Below are positions 8,427-17,847 of a stretch of DNA of 64,000 bases, piece by piece. A model generated the notes under the pieces. The model had not been told where the DNA came from. It worked only from the letters and a program-made list of their open reading frames with translations, and did not search any database. Numbering within the stretch: the stretch's first letter is position 1; every line of letters starts with the position of its first letter. This DNA comes from Candidatus Latescibacterota bacterium (GTDB taxonomy: Bacteria > Latescibacterota > UBA2968). The stretch spans positions 3,648,001 through 3,712,000 of the forward strand of contig OZ220741.1 in assembly GCA_965116885.1 (NCBI GenBank), written 5' to 3'. The position numbers were made by a program, and so were the translations under genes.

Positions 8427-9479
8427 TCATCGTACTTCAGGTATTGACACACTCAGTTCATTTGCTGTTTCGACGGTGTTGTCCCAGGTTTCGTCTTCGA
8501 TAAAGACACCTTCTGCTTCACGTTTGGCGCGCGTGTCGTGTTCGATTTCGCCTGGGAGATAGATTTTATCGACGCCGGGCTGGGTGCGAGAGGACTTGAT
8601 CCAGTCGCAGAGACGGCCAATTTCGTTGAGATAATCGGAGAGGTCGATAAAGCTGTCGATTTTGATGGCGATGGCGATATAGCCACTGCCGCCTCGCGTG
8701 GGTTGTTCCGAACTGCATCCCGCCCATGAGAGGCCGCCCGCGATGGCGTCGATCATCATGCCCAGGCCATATCCCTTGTGGCCCTGAGGCCCGCCCAGAG
8801 GCAGCATTGCCACAGCGTCACCGTTACCTTTGAAGCGATTGGGGTCATTCACGGGATTGCCGTCTGCATCTATGAGCCAGCCTTCGGGTGTTTGCTGCCC
8901 GCGCGCGCGATATACATCGACTTTGCCACCGGCAGACATACTGGTGGTTATGTCGAGCATGAGGGGAGGTCCGTTGGGTGTGGGAGCGCTGAAGGCGATG
9001 GGATTGGGGGGGAGGCGTCGGCTCGTGCCGCCAAAGGGAGCGGTGAAGCGCCCGCCGCCATTGAGCATGAGCAAGCCAATGCAGTTGCGTTCAGCCGCTT
9101 TGGGCGGATAATCGCCCAGGCGACCGATGTGACTGGATCGGTGGACAGCTACGGCGCCGATGGTGTGTTCAAGGGCGCGGTCGGTGGCCATTTGCATGGC
9201 TTTGTGGGCGACGACAATACCGATGGTGCGCTCGGCATCAACGACGGCTGAGACCGGGGTTTCTCGAATAATTTTGAGTTCGCGCACGGGTTTGATGTTG
9301 CCGCTTGTGATGGCGCGAATATAGCCCGGCGTGCGAATAACACCGTGCGAATCGTGCCCGTAGAGGTTGGCATCCACGAGGTGATCGGCTACGATGTGAG
9401 CCTGATCTTCTGGAAATCCCGCAGCGCTGTAGAGTTCGCGTTGCAGGGTTCGAAGATGGGTTGCGTCAATAATGGGCAT
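8427..9479 (-). CDS. Ldh_2 family (malate/L-lactate/L-sulfolactate-type) oxidoreductase
   Basis: GHDSHG, HIGRLG, NPIAF, LPLGG..GHKGYGL and YLPGE motifs. Confidence 0.85.
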   Translation of the reverse strand: MPIIDATHLRTLQRELYSAAGFPEDQAHIVADHLVDANLYGHDSHGVIRTPGYIRAITSGNIKPVRELKIIRETPVSAVVDAERTIGIVVAHKAMQMATDRALEHTIGAVAVHRSSHIGRLGDYPPKAAERNCIGLLMLNGGGRFTAPFGGTSRRLPPNPIAFSAPTPNGPPLMLDITTSMSAGGKVDVYRARGQQTPEGWLIDADGNPVNDPNRFKGNGDAVAMLPLGGPQGHKGYGLGMMIDAIAGGLSWAGCSSEQPTRGGSGYIAIAIKIDSFIDLSDYLNEIGRLCDWIKSSRTQPGVDKIYLPGEIEHDTRAKREAEGVFIEDETWDNTVETANELSVSIPEVR

Positions 9480-9526
9480 ATAGTTATGTCCTTTCGAAAA
9501 GGATGAGCGCGTGTGCCGGAATCCGT

Positions 9527-10678
9527 CTATTGGATCGCCTGGCGAACCCAATCGAGCGCGGAGAGCGGCATGATGCCGTAGTTGTAAAAGGCGAATTTGG
9601 TCACGCCCTGTTCTCGGGCCGCTTGTAGATTGGCACAGAGGGTTTTTGCATCGGGGGAGGCTGGGGGATAGGCTTGGAGTCCGACGACGAGTTGGTCTGG
9701 ACTCTGGATAATGGGTAAAAGTTCTGAAACGCGAGTTCTGGTGTGTTGGGGATCGGCAGTATAAGAAAGAATTTCTACACTGTCAGCAATTTGTGCAATG
9801 GCTTTGGGGTTCGATCCCGTGATTGTTGAATCGCCCATCAAGATATAGGAGAGCGGGACATCAACGGACGCTTTGAGTTCGCGCACGAGGGATGTGACAA
9901 TTTCTTCGCGCATGGCGTCAAATGCTTCGAGGTCTGGTATTGTGCTTTTGAGTTCTGTGATCGTTTCTCGAACGGGTTGGCCGGTTTCAAAGGCCGTGCG
10001 GATTTTTGCGGTGACAGTGCTTTGTAGTTTTGCGATATCGATGTTGGCTTCCATTGCTCGATTTTTGCAGCTATCGCAGAAACAAAGTGAAAAGAGGTAG
10101 CGTCCGCCAGCACCCAGGTCAATCCCGTGTTTGGCGTGGTAGTGCAGATGACCCCAACCGGAGTAGGCGAGGGATTCGCATTCGAGGAGGGAGATGCCGT
10201 AGTTGAGCACCAGATCGCGAGAGAGTGCGATGGCAAAGGCGCGCACGTCTGGATTGGCAGGGCAGAGGGCAGATGTGCTGATGTCACCTGTGCAGCGGAC
10301 TTCGGCACATTGGGGATGGGATTGCGCCTGGTAGGAATTGTGAAAAAAGACGGTCCATGAATTGAGATTTATACCAGCGGATGATGCGGCTTTTGATGCT
10401 TCGCCCCACCAGTTTTCATTTTGCATCAAAGGGCTAACATGTGGTTTGATCGCGCCGTAAAGCGATTCCTGTGGTTCGAAATAAATCGCTGATTGTGAGA
10501 CCTCGAGTGTGTTATTGGCGGGTAGATGGGGGCGCAGCATGTCAAAGGTGTGATAAGCCGATGCCAGGTTGATGGCATCGAGTTTAACTTCTTCGCGGAG
10601 TTTGTGGAGAACGGCGTCATAACCTTCGTCGCGTAAATCCCAGGGATAAGTCCACATGGTGGCGTTGAGCGCAGGCAT
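9527..10678 (-). CDS. hypothetical protein, probable TIM-barrel / glycoside-hydrolase-like
   Basis: 383-aa ORF with RBS; YPWD, LCPANPDVR, LCFC..C and FYNYG blocks. Confidence 0.6.
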   Translation of the reverse strand: MPALNATMWTYPWDLRDEGYDAVLHKLREEVKLDAINLASAYHTFDMLRPHLPANNTLEVSQSAIYFEPQESLYGAIKPHVSPLMQNENWWGEASKAASSAGINLNSWTVFFHNSYQAQSHPQCAEVRCTGDISTSALCPANPDVRAFAIALSRDLVLNYGISLLECESLAYSGWGHLHYHAKHGIDLGAGGRYLFSLCFCDSCKNRAMEANIDIAKLQSTVTAKIRTAFETGQPVRETITELKSTIPDLEAFDAMREEIVTSLVRELKASVDVPLSYILMGDSTITGSNPKAIAQIADSVEILSYTADPQHTRTRVSELLPIIQSPDQLVVGLQAYPPASPDAKTLCANLQAAREQGVTKFAFYNYGIMPLSALDWVRQAIQ

Positions 10679-10762
10679 TGGGATGCTCCTTTCTTTGTAT
10701 GAAACATGGTATTTTCATTTTGGATAATTTCAAAGCGATTTTTGGAACGGGTTGAAAGAGGA

Positions 10763-10791
10763 TTGACTTTTTTCCCAAAATATGGTATAAC
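10763..10791 (+). promoter_or_regulatory. sigma70-type promoter
   Basis: TTGACT-17 bp-TATAAC with extended TG. Confidence 0.6.
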
Positions 10792-10824
10792 CTGTTTTGT
10801 ATTTAATACAGTTTGGAGGAATGG

Positions 10825-11838
10825 ATGACAAAACTCGGATTGGGTGTGATTGGATGCGGCAATATGGGCGCGAGTCTGGCCAATGGTGCGCGGGACCTGG
10901 ACTGCGCTGAGGTGGTTTGTGTCAGCGATGTGGATAGTGAAAAAGGCCGGGCACTATCTGAGAAAATGGACTGCGATTACGAGGCGGATTACCACACCAT
11001 GCTGGCGCGTGAGGATGTGCAGGCCGTCATGATTGCCACGCCGCCGTTTTTGCATATTGATCCCACAATAGCAGCAGCCCGAGTGGGCGTGCATGTGTTT
11101 TGCGAGAAGCCCATGTCGCCTACGCTGGCGGGGTGTGATGCGATGATCGCCGCGTGTGAGCAAGGTGGGGTTAAGTTGGGTATTGGGCTGGTGTGTCGCT
11201 TTCACCCGGTGCATCGCAAGGTGCGCGATTTGGCTCGCGGGGGCGATTTAGGGATGCCTTTGTGTTTGATGGTGCATCGTCTTGGCGGTGGATGGGGCGG
11301 CGTATGGTCTGCAACATGGCGGGAGTCAAGAGCCAAAAGTGGCGGTACGCTGATGGAAGTGAATGCGCATGAGATCGATTTTATGCGTTTTGTGATGGGC
11401 GATGCGGAATCGGTTTCTGCGGTGGGTGGGCAGTTCGTGCAGATGGAGACGGATTTTCCAGATGTGGCACTCGTGTCCATCCGATTCAAAAACGGTGGGG
11501 TAGGGGTATTGCATTCCAGTCAGGCAAGTGCTATTGGCGGTTATGGCGGTCGGTTGGATTGCGCCAAAGGCTCGGTGGTCTTCCCCTCGTTTTGGGGTGG
11601 TGAAGGTGGCTTGCGCTACAAGCGATACGACGGTGGTGAAACGGCGATTCCCGCGTCGGACTTATCGCAAAATGAGAGTCCGGTAAGCCAGGAGATTCGC
11701 GCGTTTTGCGAAGCGGTGCTCAATGGGGAGGAGCCACCGGTGTCTGGTGCAGATGGTCGGGCAGCCGTGGAGATTGCGTTGGCAGCTTATCGGTCCATTG
11801 AAACGGGTGAAGCGATTGCGCTCCCATTTGAGGAATGA
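10825..11838 (+). CDS. Gfo/Idh/MocA family oxidoreductase
   Basis: GVIGCGNMG, HVFCEKPM, GGTLME..AHEID. Confidence 0.9.
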   Translation: MTKLGLGVIGCGNMGASLANGARDLDCAEVVCVSDVDSEKGRALSEKMDCDYEADYHTMLAREDVQAVMIATPPFLHIDPTIAAARVGVHVFCEKPMSPTLAGCDAMIAACEQGGVKLGIGLVCRFHPVHRKVRDLARGGDLGMPLCLMVHRLGGGWGGVWSATWRESRAKSGGTLMEVNAHEIDFMRFVMGDAESVSAVGGQFVQMETDFPDVALVSIRFKNGGVGVLHSSQASAIGGYGGRLDCAKGSVVFPSFWGGEGGLRYKRYDGGETAIPASDLSQNESPVSQEIRAFCEAVLNGEEPPVSGADGRAAVEIALAAYRSIETGEAIALPFEE

Positions 11839-11844
11839 GACATT

Positions 11845-13083
11845 ATGGCGCGAAAATTTGAGATTCCAGAATTTTACAAAAGTCCGATTATTTCACTGGT
11901 TAAAAGAGCGCGACAACTATCGGATCCCAAAAAGCGCGATTTGCAGCCCTCGGTACTGGATTTTGGGCCTGTGCGATTTTTTTTAGCACGGCATTTTGGA
12001 TTTTGCTTTGGCGTGGAGAATGCCATTGAAGTTGCGTATAAGACCCTGGAAACACATTCGGACCGGCGTGTGTTTTTCCTGAGTGAGATGATCCACAACC
12101 CCAATGTGAACGCGGATTTGCAGGATCGCGGCGTGCAGTTTATGTTTACGCCGTCTGGGGAACAGCTCATTCCGTGGGACGCGCTCGTTCCCGAAGATAT
12201 CGTGGTGGTGCCAGCTTTTGGTACAACTGTGGGAACGCAAGAGGAATTGGCCCGGCGGGGAATTGATCCCTATCAGTACAATACCACATGTCCATTTGTC
12301 GAAAAGGTGTGGAAGCGCAGTGCCCAATTGGGCGATGGAGATTATACTGTCATTATTCACGGGAAGACCATACACGAAGAAACGCGGGCGACTTTTTCAC
12401 ACGCGGTTCAAAATGCAGAGGTCGTAGCTGTACTGAATTTGAAAGAGGCGCATATTCTATCAAATATTATTCGGGGCAAACGCGATCTCGGTGCTTTTGA
12501 GCGGTATTTTAGACACAAGTGCTCACAGGGATTTGACCCCAGCATCCATTTGTCGCGTATCGGTGTGGTGAATCAGACGACGATGCTGGCTACTGAAACG
12601 CATAAAATCGCCGGAATTATTCGGCAGGCACTCATAGACCGGTATGGCGCGGAGAATATCGAAGATCATTTTGCGGATACGTCAGATACGCTTTGTTATG
12701 CGACCAACGAAAATCAGAATGCGACATACACGCTTATCGAGCAAGGTGCAGACCTCGCTCTGGTTGTGGGGGGGTACAATTCTTCGAATACGTCGCATAT
12801 TGTGGAATTGTGCGAGGAAGCCATGCCGACGTTTTTTGTGAAGGATGCCGAGGAGTTGATTTCAGAACGCGAAATTCGGCACTATTGTCTCAAGACGCAC
12901 GGGGTGGAGATTGCCGAGAATTGGTTGCCCGATAAAAGCCCTGTGGATATCGCATTGACATGTGGTGCCTCGTGTCCCGACGCCGTGGTGGATGGTGTAC
13001 TGTTGCGCGTGTTGTCTTTTTTTCCCGAAGCACGGAATGTAAATGATGCGCTGGCGTCGTACAGGGCGATGGAGCCTGTGTAA
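11845..13083 (+). CDS. ispH: 4-hydroxy-3-methylbut-2-enyl diphosphate reductase
   Basis: GFCFGV, IHNP, TTCPFV, NQTT, TLCYAT, GGYNSSNT, GASCPD. Confidence 0.93.
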   Translation: MARKFEIPEFYKSPIISLVKRARQLSDPKKRDLQPSVLDFGPVRFFLARHFGFCFGVENAIEVAYKTLETHSDRRVFFLSEMIHNPNVNADLQDRGVQFMFTPSGEQLIPWDALVPEDIVVVPAFGTTVGTQEELARRGIDPYQYNTTCPFVEKVWKRSAQLGDGDYTVIIHGKTIHEETRATFSHAVQNAEVVAVLNLKEAHILSNIIRGKRDLGAFERYFRHKCSQGFDPSIHLSRIGVVNQTTMLATETHKIAGIIRQALIDRYGAENIEDHFADTSDTLCYATNENQNATYTLIEQGADLALVVGGYNSSNTSHIVELCEEAMPTFFVKDAEELISEREIRHYCLKTHGVEIAENWLPDKSPVDIALTCGASCPDAVVDGVLLRVLSFFPEARNVNDALASYRAMEPV

Positions 13084-13090
13084 TACGGAG

Positions 13091-13507
13091 TTACTCTCCT
13101 CCTAATACTTCGAGTAGCCTGCGAACTTTTTCCAGTGACTCCTTTGTTCGCAAGCGCAGTAGTGCAAAAAGCGCGGCTTTTCCGTCTTCAGAAGACAGTA
13201 AAATATTCAGTTCTCTGAGTTGTTCTGTTGTGAGTGTGTTAATCCGGTCGCTTACAATACTGCTCAACTCGAGATCGCGCTCTTGCGGATAAACGATCGT
13301 TGTTTTGGGATTTGCACCCAAAAGGACATCCGGCGAGACGCCCAAAGCAGTAGCAATAGCGACCAGGGTATCGGTTCGAGGCACTTTTGTCTCTGCTTCA
13401 ATGCGAGATACTGTCGCCTGGTCAATATTGGCCGCATTGGCGAGGTCGAGTTGGGACCAGTTTTTTGCGTGCCGTAATTCCCTTATTTTTCGCCCAGTTA
13501 CAATCAT
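13091..13507 (-). CDS. XRE/Cro-family helix-turn-helix regulator
   Basis: IRELRHAKNWSQLDLANAANIDQATVSRIE...IATALGVS. Start uncertain (could extend to 13555). Confidence 0.85.
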   Translation of the reverse strand: MIVTGRKIRELRHAKNWSQLDLANAANIDQATVSRIEAETKVPRTDTLVAIATALGVSPDVLLGANPKTTIVYPQERDLELSSIVSDRINTLTTEQLRELNILLSSEDGKAALFALLRLRTKESLEKVRRLLEVLGGE

Positions 13508-13569
13508 AAATGAAAAATAAGGTAATTTTATGGGTTTATTTATGTTCATGGGCATATATTGCGATTAAA

Positions 13570-13589
13570 AATATGTATTTATACATATT
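13570..13589. promoter_or_regulatory. palindrome, candidate operator
   Basis: AATATGTAT-TT-ATACATATT between the divergent XRE and YWTD genes. Confidence 0.45.
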
Positions 13590-13619
13590 ACACGTTTGTA
13601 TTTTTGGATTGGATTCGCT

Positions 13620-14420
13620 ATGAGAAAAATGTATTGGACAGACCTGGGAACTTCTAAGATTCAGTGTGCAAATACAGACGGTTCAGATGTCAAAGATCTC
13701 GTTGCTACTGGATTGCGTATTCCAAATAGCATCGCCGTGGATGAGGACGAGGGGAAGATGTACTGGACGGACGCTGGAACTTCTAAAATTCAGCGTGCAA
13801 ATCTGGATGGTTCAGATGTCGAGGACCTGATTACTACCGATGTGTATCTTCCAGGTGGAATGACGGTGCATGAAAAGAAAAGAAAAATATATTGGACAGA
13901 GGCGGCCTGGGGAGAGACCGTGGAGTGCAAAGTGCACAGAGCGAACCTGAATGGCTCTCATATCGAAACCCTCGTTTTCACCAAATTGAGTATTCCCAAC
14001 GGTATCGTCCTGGATCTGGACATGGGTAAGATATACTGGACAGACTTAACTAAAATCCAGCGTGCGAACCTGGATGGTTCTCATGTTGAAACTCTCCTTT
14101 TTCCCGAATTATTGCCATTGGGGATTGCCTTAGACGTGGGTGAAGGGAAGATGTACTGGACGAACTATAAGGGTGCTGGCGTGTCTAAAATTCAACGAGC
14201 GAACCTGGATGGCTCCGATGTTGAAGATCTCGTTACCACGGGATTAGACCGCCCATCGGGGATTGCTCTGGATGTGGTGGAAGGGAAGATGTACTGGGGA
14301 GACTATGACAACTATCGCAGGGCTAAAATTCAATGTGCGAATTTAGATGGTTCAGATGTTGAAGATCTCGTTACTATGGGATTGGAGCGCCCATCGGGGA
14401 TTACTTTGTGTTGCTTCTAA
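13620..14420 (+). CDS. LDL-receptor class B (YWTD) repeat beta-propeller protein
   Basis: Six YWTD-type repeats (MYWTD, MYWTD, IYWTE, IYWTD, MYWTN, MYWGD), each followed by KIQRANLDGS-like sequence. Confidence 0.9.
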   Translation: MRKMYWTDLGTSKIQCANTDGSDVKDLVATGLRIPNSIAVDEDEGKMYWTDAGTSKIQRANLDGSDVEDLITTDVYLPGGMTVHEKKRKIYWTEAAWGETVECKVHRANLNGSHIETLVFTKLSIPNGIVLDLDMGKIYWTDLTKIQRANLDGSHVETLLFPELLPLGIALDVGEGKMYWTNYKGAGVSKIQRANLDGSDVEDLVTTGLDRPSGIALDVVEGKMYWGDYDNYRRAKIQCANLDGSDVEDLVTMGLERPSGITLCCF

Positions 14421-14440
14421 TATCTCTACTTTTTCATGGG

Positions 14441-14469
14441 TTGACTTTCACCTTTGCATGGGCTATATT
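14441..14469 (+). promoter_or_regulatory. sigma70-type promoter
   Basis: TTGACT-17 bp-TATATT. Confidence 0.6.
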
Positions 14470-14474
14470 GGAAC

Positions 14475-14724
14475 CACACAAGAAAGGAGGTGGTCGAATG
14501 AGTGAAATGACCAGTGGAGGTGGCTGTCGTTAGGTGCGCCTCTGCCAGGAGCGGGTGTAGCATCTCGAATGGTAGCGCACCTGGCAATCCAAGACAGCCA
14601 TCGAACGGCTTGTTATCTGCCACATTGGCGATTTTTTAACAGTCGCGAGGCAGAAACTTCCGTCAGACGATGCGCCGCACGGAGATGGGTCGGTTTTCCG
14701 ACACCCGACGTGCGGTGCTTTTTT
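14475..14724 (+). ncRNA. candidate structured RNA / sORF transcript (11-aa ORF MSEMTSGGGCR at 14498-14533)
   Basis: Bounded by a promoter and a terminator; AGAAAGGAGGTGGTC extended SD; several strong stems. Confidence 0.5.
14672..14724 (+). terminator. intrinsic terminator
   Basis: GCGCCGCACG...CGTGCGGTGC stem followed by T6. Confidence 0.65.
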
Positions 14725-14840
14725 GTGGGTTTCTAACTTGACAAAATTGGATTATACTGTACCTTCAAAGGCTCAAAGATTCCAAAATTAGGAGAGGAGG
14801 TGAGCGAGTTGCGCCGTAACCATGCGGCGCGATTGAGACG

Positions 14841-15272
14841 ATGATGACACCGAGTGCCAAAAAAGGTGATGTTGAACACACCTGGTATGTCGCCGATGCA
14901 GAAGGCAAGATACTGGGGCGATTTGCCAGTGGCGTTGCCCGAATTTTGCGCGGCAAACACAAGCCTTTTTATACCCCCCATGTTGATACGGGGGATCATG
15001 TGGTTATTGTAAATGCCGAAAAAATTCAGGTGAAGGGCAATAACAAAGCCCAACAGAAGGTTTATACGAGCTATAGTGGGTATCCCAGCGGGCTTAAGAA
15101 GCAAACGCTGGAAGACGCGCTGGAAAAGCGCCCCGCATTTGTACTCGAGCACGCGATTCGGGGCATGTTGCCCCACAACAAGTTGGGGCGGCAGATGATC
15201 AAAAAGGTCCGTATTTACGCCGGACCAGAGCACCCACACCAGGCTCAGTCTCCTGAGCCTATTGATTTATAG
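14841..15272 (+). CDS. rplM: 50S ribosomal protein L13
   Basis: WYVADAEGKILGR...GKHKPFYTPHVDTGDHVVIVNAEK...HPHQAQ. Confidence 0.97.
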   Translation: MMTPSAKKGDVEHTWYVADAEGKILGRFASGVARILRGKHKPFYTPHVDTGDHVVIVNAEKIQVKGNNKAQQKVYTSYSGYPSGLKKQTLEDALEKRPAFVLEHAIRGMLPHNKLGRQMIKKVRIYAGPEHPHQAQSPEPIDL

Positions 15273-15285
15273 AGGAGGTGATTAT

Positions 15286-15681
15286 TTGGCAGTTGAACCA
15301 CTGAGTTCTGCTACGGGGCGTCGTAAAACATCAACGGCGCATGTGAAACTTTTCCCCGGGACGGGATCGATTACTATCAATGGGCTTTCCGCGCTTGATT
15401 ATCTCAAACGGGAGACATTGGTGATGATTATCGAACAGCCCTTAGATATGACCGAGACCCGGGGGACTTATGATATTGTTGCCAAAGCAAAGGGGGGCGG
15501 TTTGACCGGCCAGGCCGGCGCCGTGCGATTGGGTATTGCGCGCAGTTTGCAAAGCGTGAATACGAGCAATCACAAACCCCTGCGTCAGGCGGGCTTGCTC
15601 ACGCGCGATCCGCGCAAAGTGGAACGAAAAAAACCCGGGCAACCCGGCGCGCGCAAAAAATTCCAGTTTTCCAAGCGTTAG
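15286..15681 (+). CDS. rpsI: 30S ribosomal protein S9
   Basis: TGRRKTS...GGGLTGQAGA...FQFSKR; TTG start after GGAGGTG. Confidence 0.97.
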   Translation: MAVEPLSSATGRRKTSTAHVKLFPGTGSITINGLSALDYLKRETLVMIIEQPLDMTETRGTYDIVAKAKGGGLTGQAGAVRLGIARSLQSVNTSNHKPLRQAGLLTRDPRKVERKKPGQPGARKKFQFSKR

Positions 15682-15793
15682 ACCAGAGTATTTTCTCTGG
15701 ATATCACATGTATCCTGATTGCTTCACGGGTGCCAGATGGCAATGCGGCAATATGAGGGATGCAGAGGACAAACCCAAAGTGCAGGAGGTGAC
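15682..15793 (+). promoter_or_regulatory. rpsB 5' leader (putative S2 autoregulatory RNA)
   Basis: Position upstream of rpsB; GGGT loop element with downstream AAACCC, as in described rpsB leaders. Confidence 0.45.
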
Positions 15794-16552
15794 ATGGCTG
15801 TTGTTTCAATGAGGCAACTGCTCGAATCTGGGGTTCACTTCGGGCATCAAACCCGGCGGTGGAATCCAAAGATGCAGAAGTACATTTTTACAGAACGCAA
15901 TGGTATTTATATTGTCGATTTGCAAAAGACGCAGGCGCAAATCGAAGCGGCATATCAAGCTGTGCGCAAGGCTGCTGAAACGGGCCAGCCGATTCTTTTT
16001 GTCGGCACCAAAAAACAGGCCAAAGACATCATTGTAAATGCTGCGGAACGCTGCGATATGTTTTATGTCAACAACCGCTGGTTGGGGGGCATGCTGACGA
16101 ATTTTCAAACGATTCGGCAGAGCATTCGCCGCCTGGACACGTTGGATAAAATGGCTGGCGATGGCACATATGAGCAGTTGACCAAAAAGGAAGTATTGCG
16201 CTTGGAACGCGAGCGCGATAAGTTGCAAAAATCCCTGGGTGGGATCCGCAGTATGGGACGTTTGCCAGCACTCGTATTTGTCGTGGATACTAAAAAGGAA
16301 AAAATCGCAGTTGCCGAGGCGCGTCGCCTGGAAATACCTCTTGTGGCAATTGTCGATACCAACTGCGATCCGGATGAAGTTGACCATCCAATTCCCGGCA
16401 ACGATGATGCGATGCGGTCAATTGCACTGATTACAGATTTGATGGCCGAGGCAGTGGTCGAAGGTACAACGGTTCGACAGGATGACGAAGAAGATGGCCC
16501 TGCCCCAGATGCGGGCCCTGAGATTACAGAAATCGATCCCAGCAATAATTGA
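15794..16552 (+). CDS. rpsB: 30S ribosomal protein S2
   Basis: [35 protein letters not shown]. Confidence 0.97.
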   Translation: MAVVSMRQLLESGVHFGHQTRRWNPKMQKYIFTERNGIYIVDLQKTQAQIEAAYQAVRKAAETGQPILFVGTKKQAKDIIVNAAERCDMFYVNNRWLGGMLTNFQTIRQSIRRLDTLDKMAGDGTYEQLTKKEVLRLERERDKLQKSLGGIRSMGRLPALVFVVDTKKEKIAVAEARRLEIPLVAIVDTNCDPDEVDHPIPGNDDAMRSIALITDLMAEAVVEGTTVRQDDEEDGPAPDAGPEITEIDPSNN

Positions 16553-16568
16553 TGAGACGGAGACTGAA

Positions 16569-17168
16569 ATGGCTATTTCTGCAAAAATGGTTCAGGAGTT
16601 ACGTGCCAGAACCAATGTGGGCATGATGGATTGTAAACGGGCGCTCGAAGAAGCCGATGGCGTTATGGATAAGGCTGTTGAGTTATTGCGCAAACGGGGT
16701 ATTGCCAAAGCTGAGAGCAGAGCGGGTCGTCAGGCTAAAGAAGGGGCGATTGCGTCTTATATCCATGCGGGAAGCCAGTTGGGGGTTTTGCTCGAGATCA
16801 ATAGCGAGACCGACTTTGTAGCGCGTACCGATGAGTTCCAGACGTTTTCAAAAGATGTGGCTATGCACATCGCCGCCGCTGCGCCTCTTGTTGTGAATCG
16901 CGAGGATGTAAATGCCGAAATGCTGGAAAGAGAAAAGAATATTTATCGCGATCAGGCACTCAGCGAAGGCAAACCAGAGCACATCGTGGATCGGATTGTG
17001 GAAGGCCGCATGGAAAAATATTATCAAGAAGTGGTCTTAATGGAACAGGCTTTTGTCAAAGATCCAGACAAAACTATTCAAGATCTACACTCAGATTTGG
17101 TGGCCCAGTGCGGAGAAAATATCACCATCCGCCGATTCGCCCGTTTTGTCCTGGGTGAAGAGAGTTAA
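16569..17168 (+). CDS. tsf: elongation factor Ts (short form)
   Basis: LRARTNVGMMDCKRAL, NSETDFVA. Confidence 0.96.
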   Translation: MAISAKMVQELRARTNVGMMDCKRALEEADGVMDKAVELLRKRGIAKAESRAGRQAKEGAIASYIHAGSQLGVLLEINSETDFVARTDEFQTFSKDVAMHIAAAAPLVVNREDVNAEMLEREKNIYRDQALSEGKPEHIVDRIVEGRMEKYYQEVVLMEQAFVKDPDKTIQDLHSDLVAQCGENITIRRFARFVLGEES

Positions 17169-17197
17169 GCATCTATATTGCCCAGAGGAGGTGCGCC

Positions 17198-17755
17198 GTG
17201 ATTGATGAGATTATGGCTGAAGCGCGAGAGGCCATGCAAAAGTCTGTTACAGCCCTGCAAAATGAGATGGGGGCAGTACGCACCGGGCGTGCCAATGCAC
17301 ATTTGCTGGATCAAATTCGGGTCGAGTATTACGGTGCACAGGTGCCGATTAATCAGGTCGCCACGGTGGGTGTGCCAGAACCGCGTTTGATCGCGATTCA
17401 ACCCTGGGATAAGTCGGCGATTCCGCTGATTGAAAAGGCAATTTTGGAGTCGAATTTGGGATTGACGCCGGCCAACGACGGTACGATTATTCGGTTGCCC
17501 ATTCCGCAATTGACGGAAGACCGCAGGCGAGAGTTGGTGCGGGTAGTGAAGCAATATGCCGAAGAAAGCCGCATTTCGATTCGCAATACTCGTCGCGATG
17601 CCAATGAACTCATTCGCGATGCACAAAAAGAAGGTGAGATTCCCGAAGACGATGCCAGGCGCACAACAGAACGCGTGCAGGATTTGACCGACGAGTTTGT
17701 CGCAAAAATTGATGACGTATTAGCAGAAAAAGAAGAAGAAATTATGGAAATTTGA
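17198..17755 (+). CDS. frr: ribosome recycling factor
   Basis: RTGRAN, LTEDRRRELV, RNTRRDAN. Confidence 0.96.
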   Translation: MIDEIMAEAREAMQKSVTALQNEMGAVRTGRANAHLLDQIRVEYYGAQVPINQVATVGVPEPRLIAIQPWDKSAIPLIEKAILESNLGLTPANDGTIIRLPIPQLTEDRRRELVRVVKQYAEESRISIRNTRRDANELIRDAQKEGEIPEDDARRTTERVQDLTDEFVAKIDDVLAEKEEEIMEI

Positions 17756-17779
17756 TGCGGAGCAAGATCTGCTGAATTG

Positions 17780-17812
17780 AAAAGGCCATTTCCATTGGGA
17801 GGTGGCCTTTTG
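17780..17812. terminator. bidirectional intrinsic terminator
   Basis: AAAAGGCCAT...GTGGCCTTTT hairpin between convergent genes. Confidence 0.65.
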
Positions 17813-17847
17813 ATTTTTGAGTCTGAGCGGGATGTTGCCTGATCCCT

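Noticed and set aside
13620..14420. DNA repeats suggesting an array or DGR template/variable repeats
   Set aside because: Explained by protein-level YWTD repeats; no reverse transcriptase in the window.
14481..14495. 16S rRNA gene fragment on the minus strand
   Set aside because: Similarity is limited to the anti-SD complement; flanks do not resemble 16S.
14531..14576. Three in-frame TAG codons after the sORF, suggesting pyrrolysine or recoding
   Set aside because: TAG is a normal stop for efp-neighbouring and ribosomal genes here; the readthrough product is not protein-like; no pyl genes are seen.
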